A stretch of DNA of 61,106 nt, counting the filler, from Basidiobolus meristosporus CBS 931.73 (taxonomy: Eukaryota; Fungi; Basidiobolomycota), in NCBI GenBank assembly GCA_002104905.1. It is 5 parts of 5 records of this genome, joined end to end, with 100 filler letters (N's around TTAATTAATTAA, not from the genome) between each part and the next. Parts side by side here need not be neighbours in the genome. Positions count along the whole stretch, not along the records: positions 1 to 17,645 come from MCFE01001086.1; 4 more parts are not named here. One strand, given 5' to 3'. Of this stretch, positions 1-12,615 are shown in pieces (within the stretch, counting starts at the first letter, position 1; every line of letters starts with the position of its first letter). Made by a program: the position numbers and the translations under genes. Under the pieces are notes generated by a model. It was not told the DNA's origin. It saw only the letters and a program-made list of their open reading frames with translations, and made no database searches.

Positions 1-1140
1 GAAGCATTAGCTTAGAGAGAAGTGTACTTCAATTCATGAGGCTCTGAGTCAAACAAGTAGTGAAGGACCCATCAGTGACAAAAGCAAGTGGCTTCTTAAT
101 TAGCACATCATATGCAGACTGAAAGCTCAAAACAGGCAACATGGAAAGGTTTGATAGCAAGAAGAGTAACTGTAGTGAACAAGCAGGCAGAAGCCCATTC
201 AGTTGTGGATCATTTCCAGAGGAAAACATACATAGCAATGTAAGAAGCACACATGAAAGTAGCAGTTCAAGAGCTGGCAATGACAACAATAAAGATAAAG
301 GGAAAGATATCACAACAGACAGAGACAGGAAGGTATAAGAAAAAGCTGCAACCCTTACCAGTTAACCTTGTTTTCCCAGAAAAGGCTGAATACCCTAAAA
401 GCAAAGAAGAATTACCTACAAGACTGCATTGGTTTTCTCAATAGTTAGAAGCACTGCCAGTTGAGCAACACTCCTTTAAAGTAGGCAAGGTTGCAGAAAC
501 AGTTATTTGTCTACCACAGACCTCACATTCTTCATTGTACACACAGCACAGATACAATGCTGGATAATGCAAAAATCAAGAACACCAAAGACTTTCACAA
601 TTCCTATAGTGGAGGTTTGGTGTATTTATATGCACACCCCAAGGTTTTGGATGTGTTCAGCTAAATGTATCCAAGTACTGCAAGTGTCTACTACAGAAGG
701 TTAGCAAATGGGGCAATAGACCTTGCAGTACCAGCTGAAGAACAGGAGGTGTGGGAGCCAAATAATAAAAAATGGCACCACTCAGTAGGGTTCCTGCCAG
801 AGTTATAAGTTACAACTGAAGAATCCATAGAGGTCAACCAATTTATAACATGAGAAGTAATTGTATTCATAGAGTCAGCAAGTAAGGAGTGTAAAAAAAA
901 GGTTATTGCCAATAAGCGTCCATAAGCATAGAAGGTATTCAAATGTCTGGGTTCACAAAGTCAGTAAATTTGCAGGGAACTAATTAAAAGCCATTTTCAT
1001 ACTGTAATGATCAAAAATACTGACCAGATAGTTGGATATATATGAGGTGGAGACTTTCCAATGGTCATTGCATGGTGTCCTTATGGTACAGACACCACCT
1101 AGTCCAGGGTTTCAAATTTTAAGATGGCCTGTTGATGATA
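1..1140 (+). repeat. Unclassified degenerate repeat family X, copy 1 (remnant ORF, possibly gag-like)
   Basis: Matches other copies by eye. gaagaattacctacaagac...gccagttgagcaacactcc (~405-475) matches gaagaattaccaacaagaaaac...gccagttgagctacactcc (~25930-26000). agcaagtaaggagtgtaaaaaaaagg (~877) matches ggaagtaaggagtgtgagaaagagg (~26555). Many stop codons; boundaries approximate. Confidence 0.6.
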
Positions 1141-1229
1141 TCATCATAATTGTTTTTCTCAGCATATTCCATCAATGTCAAGATATGCCCTATCAAAATG
1201 ATTTGGTCTAGCAGGTGGATCCAACCCCA

Positions 1230-3500
1230 ATTAGTAATTTTGATACTACATCAATGTCATCATAAAACCAGCAGCTTCAAGTTGTTGGCCATCTTTGCAA
1301 TCTTGTGATAGGACTGTGATGATGCTTTACTAATTTAGCTGCCAAATATATTAGTAAGCTTGATGGTACTTGAGCAGTCCATAAGTGGGATATACATGGC
1401 ATTCTGATGTTCTTATCACATTCTACACCTAGCTGTGTGGACCTCTGTTAGCATTATAACAGCAATACAGCATCCTACAGCTAATCCTGTATAATGAATC
1501 CATACCAGTTTGTCATAAAATAGATCCTTCTACTACCTCCACTTGGGTTACTCATATTTTGCATTCCAGAGTCACCCTGTTTATATGCATACCTATTGCT
1601 TGTGTGGGTATTCCACATGTAGTCAAGATCAAAAGAAACTGTGGTATCCTGATGACTAACTGCTATATTACTGCACACCTGCTGCAATTAAAACACTTCT
1701 ATCTCCTTAACTTGGTAGCTTTTCCATGTGAAACTCACAGAGCTGCCAGTAACATAAACATATTGCAAGCATATGCTTGGTTGCCACCACTTTTACCAGA
1801 AATACCTCTTCAATATTAACAAAATACTTTTTGGTACTAAGGCAGCATCAATTGTCTCCCTGCTGGATTCTAGTCCCCCTTATAGGTGCACTCTAGTTCA
1901 TTGCAATATATTCTGTATTGAATGGTGAAGGAATTAGCTTGCAACCAGGAGAAACAAGGCATACTTTGTCAAGATTTTCCTAGCAAAGTTGGATGCTTGT
2001 TGTATTCCACTCTATGTTGCCTTAAGTTACTGATTGCCAATCCATTAAGGCTTCCCAACTTCCTAATGCCAAAGGCACAGGTGTCTCCATGTGCACATCT
2101 GCCATCAGTACTGTCTAACTCTTCCTGGCTGGCTTCCAGGTAACTACTCATCACATTTATGATGGACATCAAGGTTATATTTGTGATGTGATTGGGATGC
2201 GGTAGTACCAGTGACTAAACATGTCTTCCTATCTCCCCACAAATCCGCTCCACAGCAAGCCCCCAGAATGTGAAGCAAGGCCCAATATTAATCACACACC
2301 AGGCAAGATGGGGCAAATAATGATTGCAGGAGTAACAGAGATCTAGATAGTCAACAAAATGCTTGTAATACACCCTCTCCAAATTTCACAAACCCCTTGG
2401 TTAAAAGCTGTAGATGTAACACATTGACATTGGCAGCCAGCTACTAGACAAGTATCTCTACAATGCCATCATGCTACTCCTAATGCTTCCAATGTATTCT
2501 GGGTGGAACTTACATTAGAAACCCACTTGTATAAATTCAGCTTGAGTTCATCCAGTCCTTACATTTGTATTGGTGGATACGACTATGAACCTTGATCACA
2601 GCTTAAGCAAAATACTTCATGTAGCCAATACTCTGTGATAACTTGTCAATTCTCTCAAATTTATCTTGTATCTCAAAGGGTTCATTAAACTAATCATGCA
2701 CAGTGTACAACTTTATTATTGGTATACAGATATTGTCAAAGAGCAAATGCACTGCTCCCAGTTGAAAGTTTTGCTCCAACAGATCCCCACCATCTTTGCC
2801 ATCCAAGGTATTTTATAAATTTCATATCTTGGGCAATAACTTAGAGCTTGCCATTTTTTTTGCTGCAAATGAATACTGACTTGCTGCTGTTAGCATTAGA
2901 GTATGGGTAATAGTGCACATAAGTTAATGAGTGAACCTGCTGGATCTTACAGATTTGACAGCAATACCATCCATGGTGACCAGAAAGCCAGCAATGTTGC
3001 CAACAGCTGGGGCATTTCCTATGCAGATGATAATATATGCTCTGCCATAATGATATTTTCTATTATTGAGCTGAATAACATACCAATTTCTTCCAGCAAT
3101 GAACACAGTTAACTATCTTCATTGGAACCAGGTACATAGTTATAGGCATCCCGGAGTAATCTTGCAAAGAGGTAGCAGTTAATCTGCAATCTTCCCATCA
3201 CTGACATTAGCAGAAACATGCCATTTCTCTAGCCGTAACACTACATCATCAACCCGGATATGGGTTACTGGGCTCACTTGGGTCTGTGATGAATCATTGA
3301 TGCTTTTTTATAAGGGTGTTGACTCATTTCATGTTTGGAGTTTGCTGATCTCACACAGGGTGCTGCTATTAGTGGAGATAGGCTCACAATCCATTGGTGA
3401 GCCTTCTTCTTTATATCAATCACTCCACATGCCATATCAAGAAATAGGTATATCAAGTCAGATCTAATTGGGTGAGAAGAATGCAATCAAAGGGGTCAAC
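1230..3500 (-). mobile_element. Decayed CACTA/EnSpm (Tnp2-family) transposase, copy 1
   Basis: Minus-strand fragments AYIIICIGNAPAVGNIAGF (2924-3106) and MMSIINVMS...RCAHGDTCAFGIRKL (1969-2172) are paralogous to the better-preserved copy at 12616-14463. Many stops and frameshifts; boundaries approximate. Confidence 0.75.
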
Positions 3501-3849
3501 AGCTACAACCTACCGGATGATATATAATTAGTCAGCAATTAATCTGGCAAAAAGTATTTAGTAAGCTGCCTGAACTCCAATAATGATTAGTTCAAGTTTT
3601 AGCAAATACAACTCTGGCTGAACTCCCTATTCCTCTGAAACTTTTATGTCATGATTTGTCACAATGAATCCTTGGTGTCTTTTTCTACAATTGCTGAGTT
3701 GTTGCATGCTGGCATCTTGCCTGTCTCATGATTGATAATATTATGAGGGGAGAGGGGATTAAAACTTTTCAGTGGGCCATCTTCCATAAAGCCATCTCTC
3801 TGCAGGCCATATTCTGAATGCTGAGGTTAGCCAAAAAGCATCACAAACT

Positions 3850-4250
3850 AACATAAATCAGTTTGCTAAAGGTGACAAGTGCAGCTATGTGCTATTATTG
3901 AGGTATCAGGTGGCCAGCAACAAAAAGGTTGGTATAGTGGTTACCAATGAGTGCTTCAATATGACATGTGTAGCACAGCACTGTTCATGATCCTTGTAAT
4001 ACCATCCATGCTCTCTGCATGCTTCATGGCTCAAAAGCTTGCTACCACAACCACATGGTCATTGTCCCTGCTGACACAATGTTGATTGGAAGTATTCCTA
4101 GCCATGGGGCAAACAGCTTCACTCTTGAGAACAATGCACTCTTGTATTACTCATTGTCATTATCCATATTAGCTCATAAAAGTCTTATATTTCAGACAAT
4201 GCACCTACCCTTAAGAAAAATATTAAGAAAAGGCTGGCAGAATACATGCA
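3850..4250 (-). mobile_element. Fragment of the 3' region of a CACTA-type element
   Basis: gatccttgtaataccatccatgctctctgcatgcttcatggctcaaaagcttgctacc matches 23300-23360, which is contiguous with CACTA 3' sequence. Confidence 0.5.
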
Positions 4251-4519
4251 TAATATTAGCTGGACTCTAACCTCCACAAGAGTTACAACCCTCCCTTTCT
4301 CCCATGCAAGCTTGTTAGTAACTAGGCTAATATTCTTTCTAGGGGGAGACTAGGTCAACTAGCATACATAATAACCTTGGTCATCAGCTGCTCTTCCTTC
4401 CACCAATAAATGATGCTGAAGGCTTGAAGCCAAGACATGTAGCATAGATGCAAAGGCCTAGAGAAATTGGGCTAATATCTAGATACAGGATGAGCAAGTG
4501 ATACTTTTAGAGTAATGAA

Positions 4520-5900
4520 TCTTTTGGAGAAGAAGTGAATGGCCTGTCAGTGATTAAGGTCAAGGCAGAGGGAAGTAGGTCTACACCAGCCAGAGAGAGG
4601 GAAGCATTAGAAAAGGCTGCAGCTTTCACCAGTTGACTCTGTCAGCCCAGGACTGACTAAATCCCACAATAGCCAGGAAGTATTACCTATATGATAACAG
4701 CTATTTTCTCAACAGCTGGAAGCTTAGCTGGATTAGCTATACTTCAGTGAGGTAGAGGAGTTTGCAAAGAAAGGAAATTCATCTACTACAGCCTGCACAT
4801 CTTCCACCGTTGTCAAGGTATGAATACCACAGATATACAGAGTTCTAGCTTCAAGAAGTTAGAAGATTATCATCATATCTACTGTGGAATCATGGAACAT
4901 TAATTGGCACACCATTACTAAGCACACCAAGAGGTTCCAGCATTTTTTCAGAAGCAATGGTATTAAAAACTCACCAGAATATTGTAGGGATTTATTGCAA
5001 GTCTGGGAGACAGCCAAAAACCTGGATATTTGGGAACCAGCAAATCAATAATGGCACAAAGCCATGGGGCTCCTACTAATGTCATGAAAAAAGGGCATTA
5101 CTGCTAAAAGTCATTGTATATGATCTGTAGAGGAATAGGGAGTATAGCTAGTCTTGTATTGACTTACACTTACACTGTTCTTTATTGGGGTCTCAGAAGA
5201 TTAATACATGGCTGATTGTACTTCTTAATATAGGCTGGGCTGATGAATCATCTGAATGCATAATCATCACTCAATCAGATCATTCTTAATATATCAATTT
5301 ATGTCTATTAAGGATCTGCTGATTCATCTGCCGTCTATTACTACCAACTACATAGGTCATACTGATATAAATATAGCCTAAATATAAGACTAACTGATTT
5401 TACTAAACAATAATATGACTTGAACATGTAAGCTGCGGTTCATAAGAATGCATCAGATACATTTGATTGATGGTTTATCTCAATGGAGTTACTTGAGAAG
5501 CGCAAAGCTGAGCTTAACTATATTATGTGCATTAGAGCCTGTATACTTCAGTACCCTTAGCAATTAAGTTACAACAACAGTTTAAATGGAAATCAAATGG
5601 TTTTCATGCATGAAAAATAAGTGCATTGGTTGAATTAAGAGTAAGGAGTGTGGAAAAGTGGCAATCAACTACAAATGCACACAAGCATAGGAGATGTTTG
5701 AGGGTCCAGGATCAGAAAGTGCAATAATAGGCAGGGAACCAGTCAAAGTTACTTATGCATATTATGATAAAAGTTTTGATTAGATTTTTATAAAATCTGA
5801 GGATCAATTTTTTGAATGATCTTTACATGGTTTCCTCACTGCATCAATACCTCTTAGTCTTCAACAGTTATTTAATGGGACCAACACAATGGACTTGTTC
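4520..5900 (+). repeat. Repeat family X, copy 2
   Basis: acagctattttctcaacagctggaagc...ctactacagcctgcacatcttcc (4698-4805) matches 25955-26062. gcatgaaaaataagtgcattggttgaattaagagtaaggagtgtgg (~5608) matches ~26525. Confidence 0.55.
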
Positions 5901-6129
5901 CATTGGGTAGTGTCATATAGTGCTAGCCAGTTTTTAGTGCCAGATTGAACCAGCACTCTGTGGAACCATCTAGTATTATAATATCTACCCTGATGCCAGT
6001 TGTAGGATGCAGTTGCTGGTACTTTGTGCCATCCTATTAATGTTGCTTGCAATAGTGATTTTCTTGCTTTATTTACCCTAAATAGTGCTCCAGATGCATT
6101 GCTTCCAAAAGAATTCTGCTTATATGATT

Positions 6130-7390
6130 ATATATAAGCTAAGGACTTGGAGGACCAAGCCATTCCTAAGAGGTGGGTTGCAATGTCAAGAAGATAAACC
6201 AGGATGAAGCCAGCAAATTTGTAGTACAGGATGAAACACTCTACAAAATTGTGGATGGAAGCCTTATTGCCCATTACCCTTATTTTGCTCACCTGGATTT
6301 AATACATATGCTACGCAATGAATATGGACCTCTTGGAACTGAAGGAACCAATAGCCTTGTGAAAGCCAGAGCATGTTAGCCCTGAATGAAACAAGATGTT
6401 GAGAAACCAGTGAAAATATGCTCAATTTGCCAAATCAACCAAGGCCAACCACAGAGAATTGCTGAACTATTTCCCTTGGAGCCTGTAAGACCTTTTGAAA
6501 GATGGGGAATTGACTTTATTGGAAGACTGCCAACTACCAGGAAATGCACCATTGGACAGTAGTAGCAATTGACCATGCCAAAAATTGCCAGTGGCTAAAG
6601 TAATACCTGTAGCCAGTGAACAAGAAGTTGCAAGTTTTGTCTACCAGGAGATCCTTATAAAGATTGGATATCCTGTAGAGATTTTTTTCAATAGAAGAGC
6701 AAACTTTATGGCAAAGATATTGGAAGCTTACCTGGAAATGCAGCACATAAGACACTTGAAAACCTTGGCATATCACCCTAGAATTAATGGAGCCACTGAA
6801 TGGTTGAATGGATTATTGGGAAATGCTGACCAAGTATGCAAATGGAGCTGTCAGTAGATGGGATGAGTATATTGACCAAGCACTCTTTGCACACAGAGTT
6901 AGAGTTCACAACACCATCAAACAATTGCCATTTTACTTAGTGCATGGATGTGAAACAAGAATTCCAGGAGATCTCACACAACCAAAGCTTACAGACACCC
7001 TAGAAGATGAACTCAGTCAGCCAAGTAGACACCAGCAGCTAGAACAACAACATCAAGGGGCACAGGCCAAAGTACCTCAAAGTGCAAAAAAGATGAAGCA
7101 GAGATTTGATAAGACTATATCACCAGAATCATTGACAGATGGGAACCTTATATTGTTGAGAAACAATACTTGGAAGATGTTTGAGCCACAATGGACCCAA
7201 CCTTTTAAGATCATCAGACAATGTTCATTTGCAACTTACCAACTAGTGGACAAATAAGGAATATCTAGGAAGATTCAGCTCATAGAGACAGACTCAAGCT
7301 TGCAAGACTTGCCAACAATACTGAACCATCAAGATATTGATATAATAAGAAAAGAGATTCAGGAGAACCCTCTCAACTTTGGTAGCGGAG
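6130..7390 (+). mobile_element. Ty3/gypsy integrase remnant (family G1, copy A) ending in a PPT
   Basis: Fragments RWGIDFIG, AYHPRINGATEWLNG and ALFAHRVRVHNTIKQLPFYLVHG are integrase core. Purine-rich ggtagcggagaa immediately precedes an LTR. Multiple stops. Confidence 0.85.
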
Positions 7391-7392
7391 AA

Positions 7393-7967
7393 TGTTATGA
7401 TCTATTGTTTGAATGCTTGAGTTATATAAGTATTTAGTGAAATCAATTAGTTATATGTTTAGCCTATCAGTACATCAGTGTTATCAATCAAATCAACAGC
7501 AGTAGTAAGCAGATGAATCAGCAGATGCTTATCAGAGAGAAATAGATATATTAAGTTGGATATTATTGGGCAATGATGATGCATTCAAATGAGTTATCAT
7601 ATTCTAATCCACCACTTGAATGTTTAAGTTAGATTAGTTTTTAGTCAAATCAATTAGTTATATGCTTAGCCTATCAGTATATCAGAATTTTCTATCAAAT
7701 CAGTACATTAGTCAGCAAATGAATTGGCAGATCCTTATCAGACAGATATAGATATATCAAGTAGAATTTTATTAGGCAATGATGATGCAATCAAATGAGT
7801 TGTCAGCCACAATCTATATTAGGAAATAAAATTAGTGAGCAATTGATCTGGTAAAATGTATGAAAGGAGCTGCTGAAACCTCAATAAAAAGCAGCTCAAG
7901 TTTTAGTGAGTACAACACTAACTAAGCTCCCTATTCCTCTACAACTCTTATACCAAGACTTGTAACA
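7393..7967 (+). repeat. G1 LTR with an internal ~205-bp duplication
   Basis: Starts TGTTA after the PPT and ends TAACA (terminal inverted repeat). The block ttagt(g/c)aaatcaattagttatatg(t/c)ttagcctatcagta occurs at ~7434 and ~7641. Homologous to 12370-12612 and to a fragment at ~3527-3663. Confidence 0.7.
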
Positions 7968-8779
7968 ACATCATCCAAGGCAATTTGGCACAGCCAGGCT
8001 TCTTTTGAAATAGTCAAGAGATTATTGCAAGTGAGATTAAGGATTAAAAGATTTACATAATATACACTGGTGATTTGTTGAGTTGCAACATAGTATTTAT
8101 ACTTATGGATAAACTACATACATGTAGCTATTTACACATTACTAGGGGAGTCTCAGGATTATATGTCACAAGTTTCAGCCTATTTGGACACATTTCAAAC
8201 TTTCCTAAAATTCTGTACTTTGCAAATTACTAATAATTAGCAAGTATCTCACAAACTAATTTCTGAGCTAATATTCTGAGATATATCATTTAACTAAGTG
8301 CAAGTTCATAAAATATTAGCAATTAGGTGGACTCCTAATTATTTCAACAGCTTCAGCACTGCACTCATTAGCCAGGAGGCACAATACTAATTACAAGTTC
8401 ACAAGTAGTAAAGATGATAGTCAACAAGACAATAGTGTGTGTGCTCAAAGTGAGTCACTGCCAAATGCCACAGTAGTAATCCTTGTGAAATAAAAACCTA
8501 GAGGATGATGTGGTTGCATTGTATTGCTATCATTTGTCATGTTCTAAGCAACACATTTTTTTAGAATTCAGATTGAGTCATTGCAAGCTAGTAGTCACAA
8601 AAATATGATATAAGTAACATCAGGATTACTTCATGCTTGAGCCACAACACCTATAAATAGATGCTCTTCATACTTCTATGTAGTTGGTAACACCAGTGTA
8701 TCTATTTGATCTGCTTTGCAGCTACCCAATTAGTTGTGTGCTAGCTCTGACACCATGTCCATTTGCAAAAATCAGGTGT

Positions 8780-11700
8780 TTACTTGCCATCTGGGCAGCA
8801 TAGGATGTATTGATTGATGAGCTTTTGGACCAACTTAATGGAGCCATTATATTCAGCAAGATTGACCTCATGTCAGGATACAACCAATTAGGGCAAAGCC
8901 AGAAGACATCCCTAAGACAGCATTCAGGACCAGATGTGGACTTTACAAGTACTTAGTCATGAGTTTGGGCCTCACTAATGCCTCTGCAACATTCATGACC
9001 CTGATGCAGACTGTCTTCCAGGAGTACTTGGACAAGTTTGTGATAATCTACATAGATGACATATTGATATTCAGCAAGATAGAAGAGGATCACTTGGTGC
9101 ACATTGAAAAGGTCTTGAAGAAGCTAAGAGAGAACCCACTATATGGCAAGCTAGCAAAGTGTGAATTCTTCAAGGAACACCCTGAATATCTGGGATGCAT
9201 AGTGACTAGCACATGAGTAACCTTAGATTCTAAGAAGGCTGAAGTTATCAAGAATCTGAAGCAGCCCCATAGCATAGCAGAACTCAGATCATTCCTTGGA
9301 ATGGTCTCCTATTATTGGAGATTTGTCAAGTCCTTTGCAAGTATTGCAGCCCCTTTTACTGATATCCTCAAGAAAGACAATACCTACAAGTGGGACATAG
9401 CTTGCAAGACTGCCTTTCAGATGCTTTAGAATAAATTTGCTAAGCTACCAAGCTTACAAATATCTGACTTCAAAAAAGAGTTCACTCTGTGCACAGATGC
9501 TTCAGACTATGCAATTGGTGGAGTGCTGAGCCAAGAACACAAGGGAAAGGACTACCCTGTTGTCTTTGAATCCAAGAAACTAAACTCAGCAGAGCAAAAC
9601 TATCCAGTCCATGAGAAGGAGATGCTTGTAAAAGTACACTGCTTGAAGACATGGAGATGCTATATTGAAGGAATCAATTACACTGTGAAGGATGCTCATG
9701 CCTCCCTCAAGTATATATTTACTTAGGAGGTACTCTCTAGAAGAATGACAAGATGTGTGATAATGGAAATTATTTCATTACTACAATATCTCAAGACCAA
9801 TATTGCACTCATTTCTTCATTTTTTTTGCATTGTAACATACAGGTGAAAGATCAAGAATTTTCAACTCTGAAGGACAAATACTCCAGACCCTGACAAGCA
9901 ATCCACCCAAGAATATTATGTCATACAGAACATGCAGTAGCCAACACATGTTACAAGTTACAGCTCATTTGAAGCAGTACTTAAGGAGTTATGACTAAAA
10001 GAGTGCAATTAGTATATATACTATGCCTTACTGCTAGGATTACTATGGTGACTTTGATTGCATGTAACTTTTGAACCAGCCAATCAAATCACATGAAATT
10101 CTCACAGGTGCTGCACCTATGTCCAATCTGCTCCACTGCAGAAGTTTAGCCTTATATCACATGTATTGCTTGCGCAAGTGCTCAAGAACTTGGATCCTTC
10201 AGAAATTTTGTATATGACTTCCCCAGCTAATAAATAAAAGAGGGCCTCTCTTTCCAGAGTCTCCACACTACAATTACAGATTTAAAGGTTATAGGACTTC
10301 CCCTGCATCACTTACATCATTGAGTACTCTGACTTTGATTGATACTACTTCAGTAAAAGGACTGCAAAGCTCACAAGAATCCAACCTAAGTTCTACACAA
10401 AACCACCACTTTTCTGTTGGAAAAGTCCCCTCTAAGAAGCCCCTTCACTCTAAAGACACCCCTTTAGATACCCCTTTAAGAAACCCCTTTACTCTAAAGA
10501 AGCCCCTTTAGGCACCCCTTTAGTGTAAAGTCCACTTTAGAGACCACTACAAGAAGCCCCTTTACTCTAAAGACACCCCTTTAGACACCCCTTTAGGTCT
10601 AAAGACCCTTAGAGAGACTTCTATAACATGCCACTTTAGGTTAAAGGGGAGTTCAGAATTTCTATATTAGCAAGTAATTTCTCAAAGGAAAGTGACATCC
10701 AAATATGGAATGGTCACTATAACAGTAAATAAGCCCATTAGTTGACAGAAGGTCAGAACACTGCTGTAGAAGTGATAAACACTGCCTATAGTATATTTTG
10801 AACCTAAGATTGAGGGTATTAGTTAAAGTTATATCTTCTATTGGTATATCAAACTCCTAATAAACTATCCCTGTATTAGCATACTGGAAGTTGTTGTACA
10901 TTGTTGATTAGCCTGTACATTGTAGAACAAGCCCCAAACTAATCATAATACAACACAACAGATGGAGTGAATACATTCAGCAATCTGATTTGGAGATTGT
11001 CTACTGCCCTGGGAAAAACAACAAGGTAACTGATGCCTTATCAATATTATAACAAGTTGCACAACTCAACTTGGTGCATGAATCAGATTGGCCTAGCCTA
11101 TTACAAAAGTACTTGGAGGACCAAGCCATTCCTAATGAGGTGGATGAAGATATCAAGAAGATAATCCAGGATGAAGCCAGCAAATTTGTAGTACAGGATG
11201 AAACACTCTACCAAATTGCTGATTGAAGCCCTATTGCCTATTGTCCTTATGTTGCTTGCCCAGATTTTATACATTGGCTACACAACAGATATGAACATCT
11301 TGGAATTGAAGGAACCTATAGCCTTGTGAAAGCCAGAGCATAGTGGCCCAGAGTGAAACATGATATTGAGAAGCTAGTGAAAACCTGCCCAAACTGCCAA
11401 ATCAATCAAGGCCAGCCACAAAGAATTTCCAAACTCTTTCCCTTGGAGCTGGTAGGACCACTTGAAAGATGGGTAATTGACTTTATTGGAAGTCTTCCAA
11501 CTACCAGGAAGTGTAACTGTTGGCTCCCAGTAGCAATTGACTATGCCATTAAATGGCCAGTTGCTAAAGCTGTACCTATAGCCAGTGAACAAGAAGTTGC
11601 AAGTTTCATCCACCATGAGATCCTTATGAAGTTTGGATGCCCTGTAGTGATTCTATCTAAGAGAGGTGCAAACTTTATGGCAAAGACATTGGAAGCTTAA

Positions 11701-12369
11701 CTGGAAATGCAGCAGATCAAACACTTGAAAGCCTTGGCATATCACCCCAAAACTAATGGAGTCACTGAATGGTTTAATGAGTTATTTGGAAGAATGCTGA
11801 CCATGTGTGTAAATGGAGCTGTCAGCACATGCAATGAGTATAAAGACCAAGCACTCTTTGCATCCAGAGTCAGAGTACACAACACCACCCAACAATTTCC
11901 ATTTTACTTAGTGTATGGATGTGAACCAAGGATTCCAGGAGATCTCACACAACCAAAGCTTACAGACACCTAGAATATGAGCTCAGTCAGCCAAGTAGAC
12001 ACCAGCAGATGGTACAAAGATGTCAAGAGGCACAGACCAAAGTATCTCAAAGTGCAGAAAAGATGAAGCAGAGATTTGATAAGACTAAGACTATAGCACC
12101 AGAAGCATTGACAGTTAGGAACTTTGCATTGCTAAGAAACAACTCTTGGAAGAAGTTTGAGCCACAATGAACAGGACCATTCAAGATCATCAGGGAATGT
12201 CCATTTGCAACTTACCAACTAGTGGACAAACAAGGCAATATCCAGGAAGACTTAGTGCAAAGGGACAGACTCAAGCTTTCAAGACTTGCTGATAATACTG
12301 AACCATCAAGATATTGGTATCACAAGAGAAGAGATTCAAGAGAACCCTCTCAACTTTAGTAGGGGAGAA
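8780..12369 (+). mobile_element. Ty3/gypsy pol RT-RNaseH-IN (family G1, copy B), decayed and split by a solo LTR
   Basis: RT motifs FSKIDL, MSLGLTNASATF and YIDDILIFS. RNaseH DASDYAIGGVL...EQNYPVHEKEML. Integrase from ~11250 to 12330. PPT aggggagaa at 12361-12369. Removing 9756-10964 restores the reading RRMTRWSEYIQQ. Confidence 0.9.
9756..10960 (+). repeat. Solo LTR (family L1200, 1205 bp) with 4-bp TSD GATG
   Basis: Ends are TGTGATAATGG...CAACACAACA, flanked by GATG at 9752-9755 and 10961-10964. Reverse-complement paralog at 28648-29804. Confidence 0.85.
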
Positions 12370-12612
12370 TGTTAAGATATACTGCTTGAATGTTTAAGTT
12401 GGATCAGCTTTTAGTCAAATCAATTTGTTATATGCTTAGCCTGTTAGTATATCAGAGTTACCTATCAAATCAGTAGCATTAGTCAGCAAATGAATCAGCA
12501 GATCCTTATCAAACAGAAATAGATATATGAAGTAGGATCTTATTGGGTGATGTTGATGCAATCTAATGAGTCATTAGCCACAGCCTACATTAGGAAATAC
12601 AATTAGTCAGTA
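12370..12612 (+). repeat. G1 3' LTR, truncated
   Basis: TG start after the PPT; homologous to 7393-7840; stops at aattagtcagtaatt. Confidence 0.7.
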
Positions 12613-12615
12613 ATT

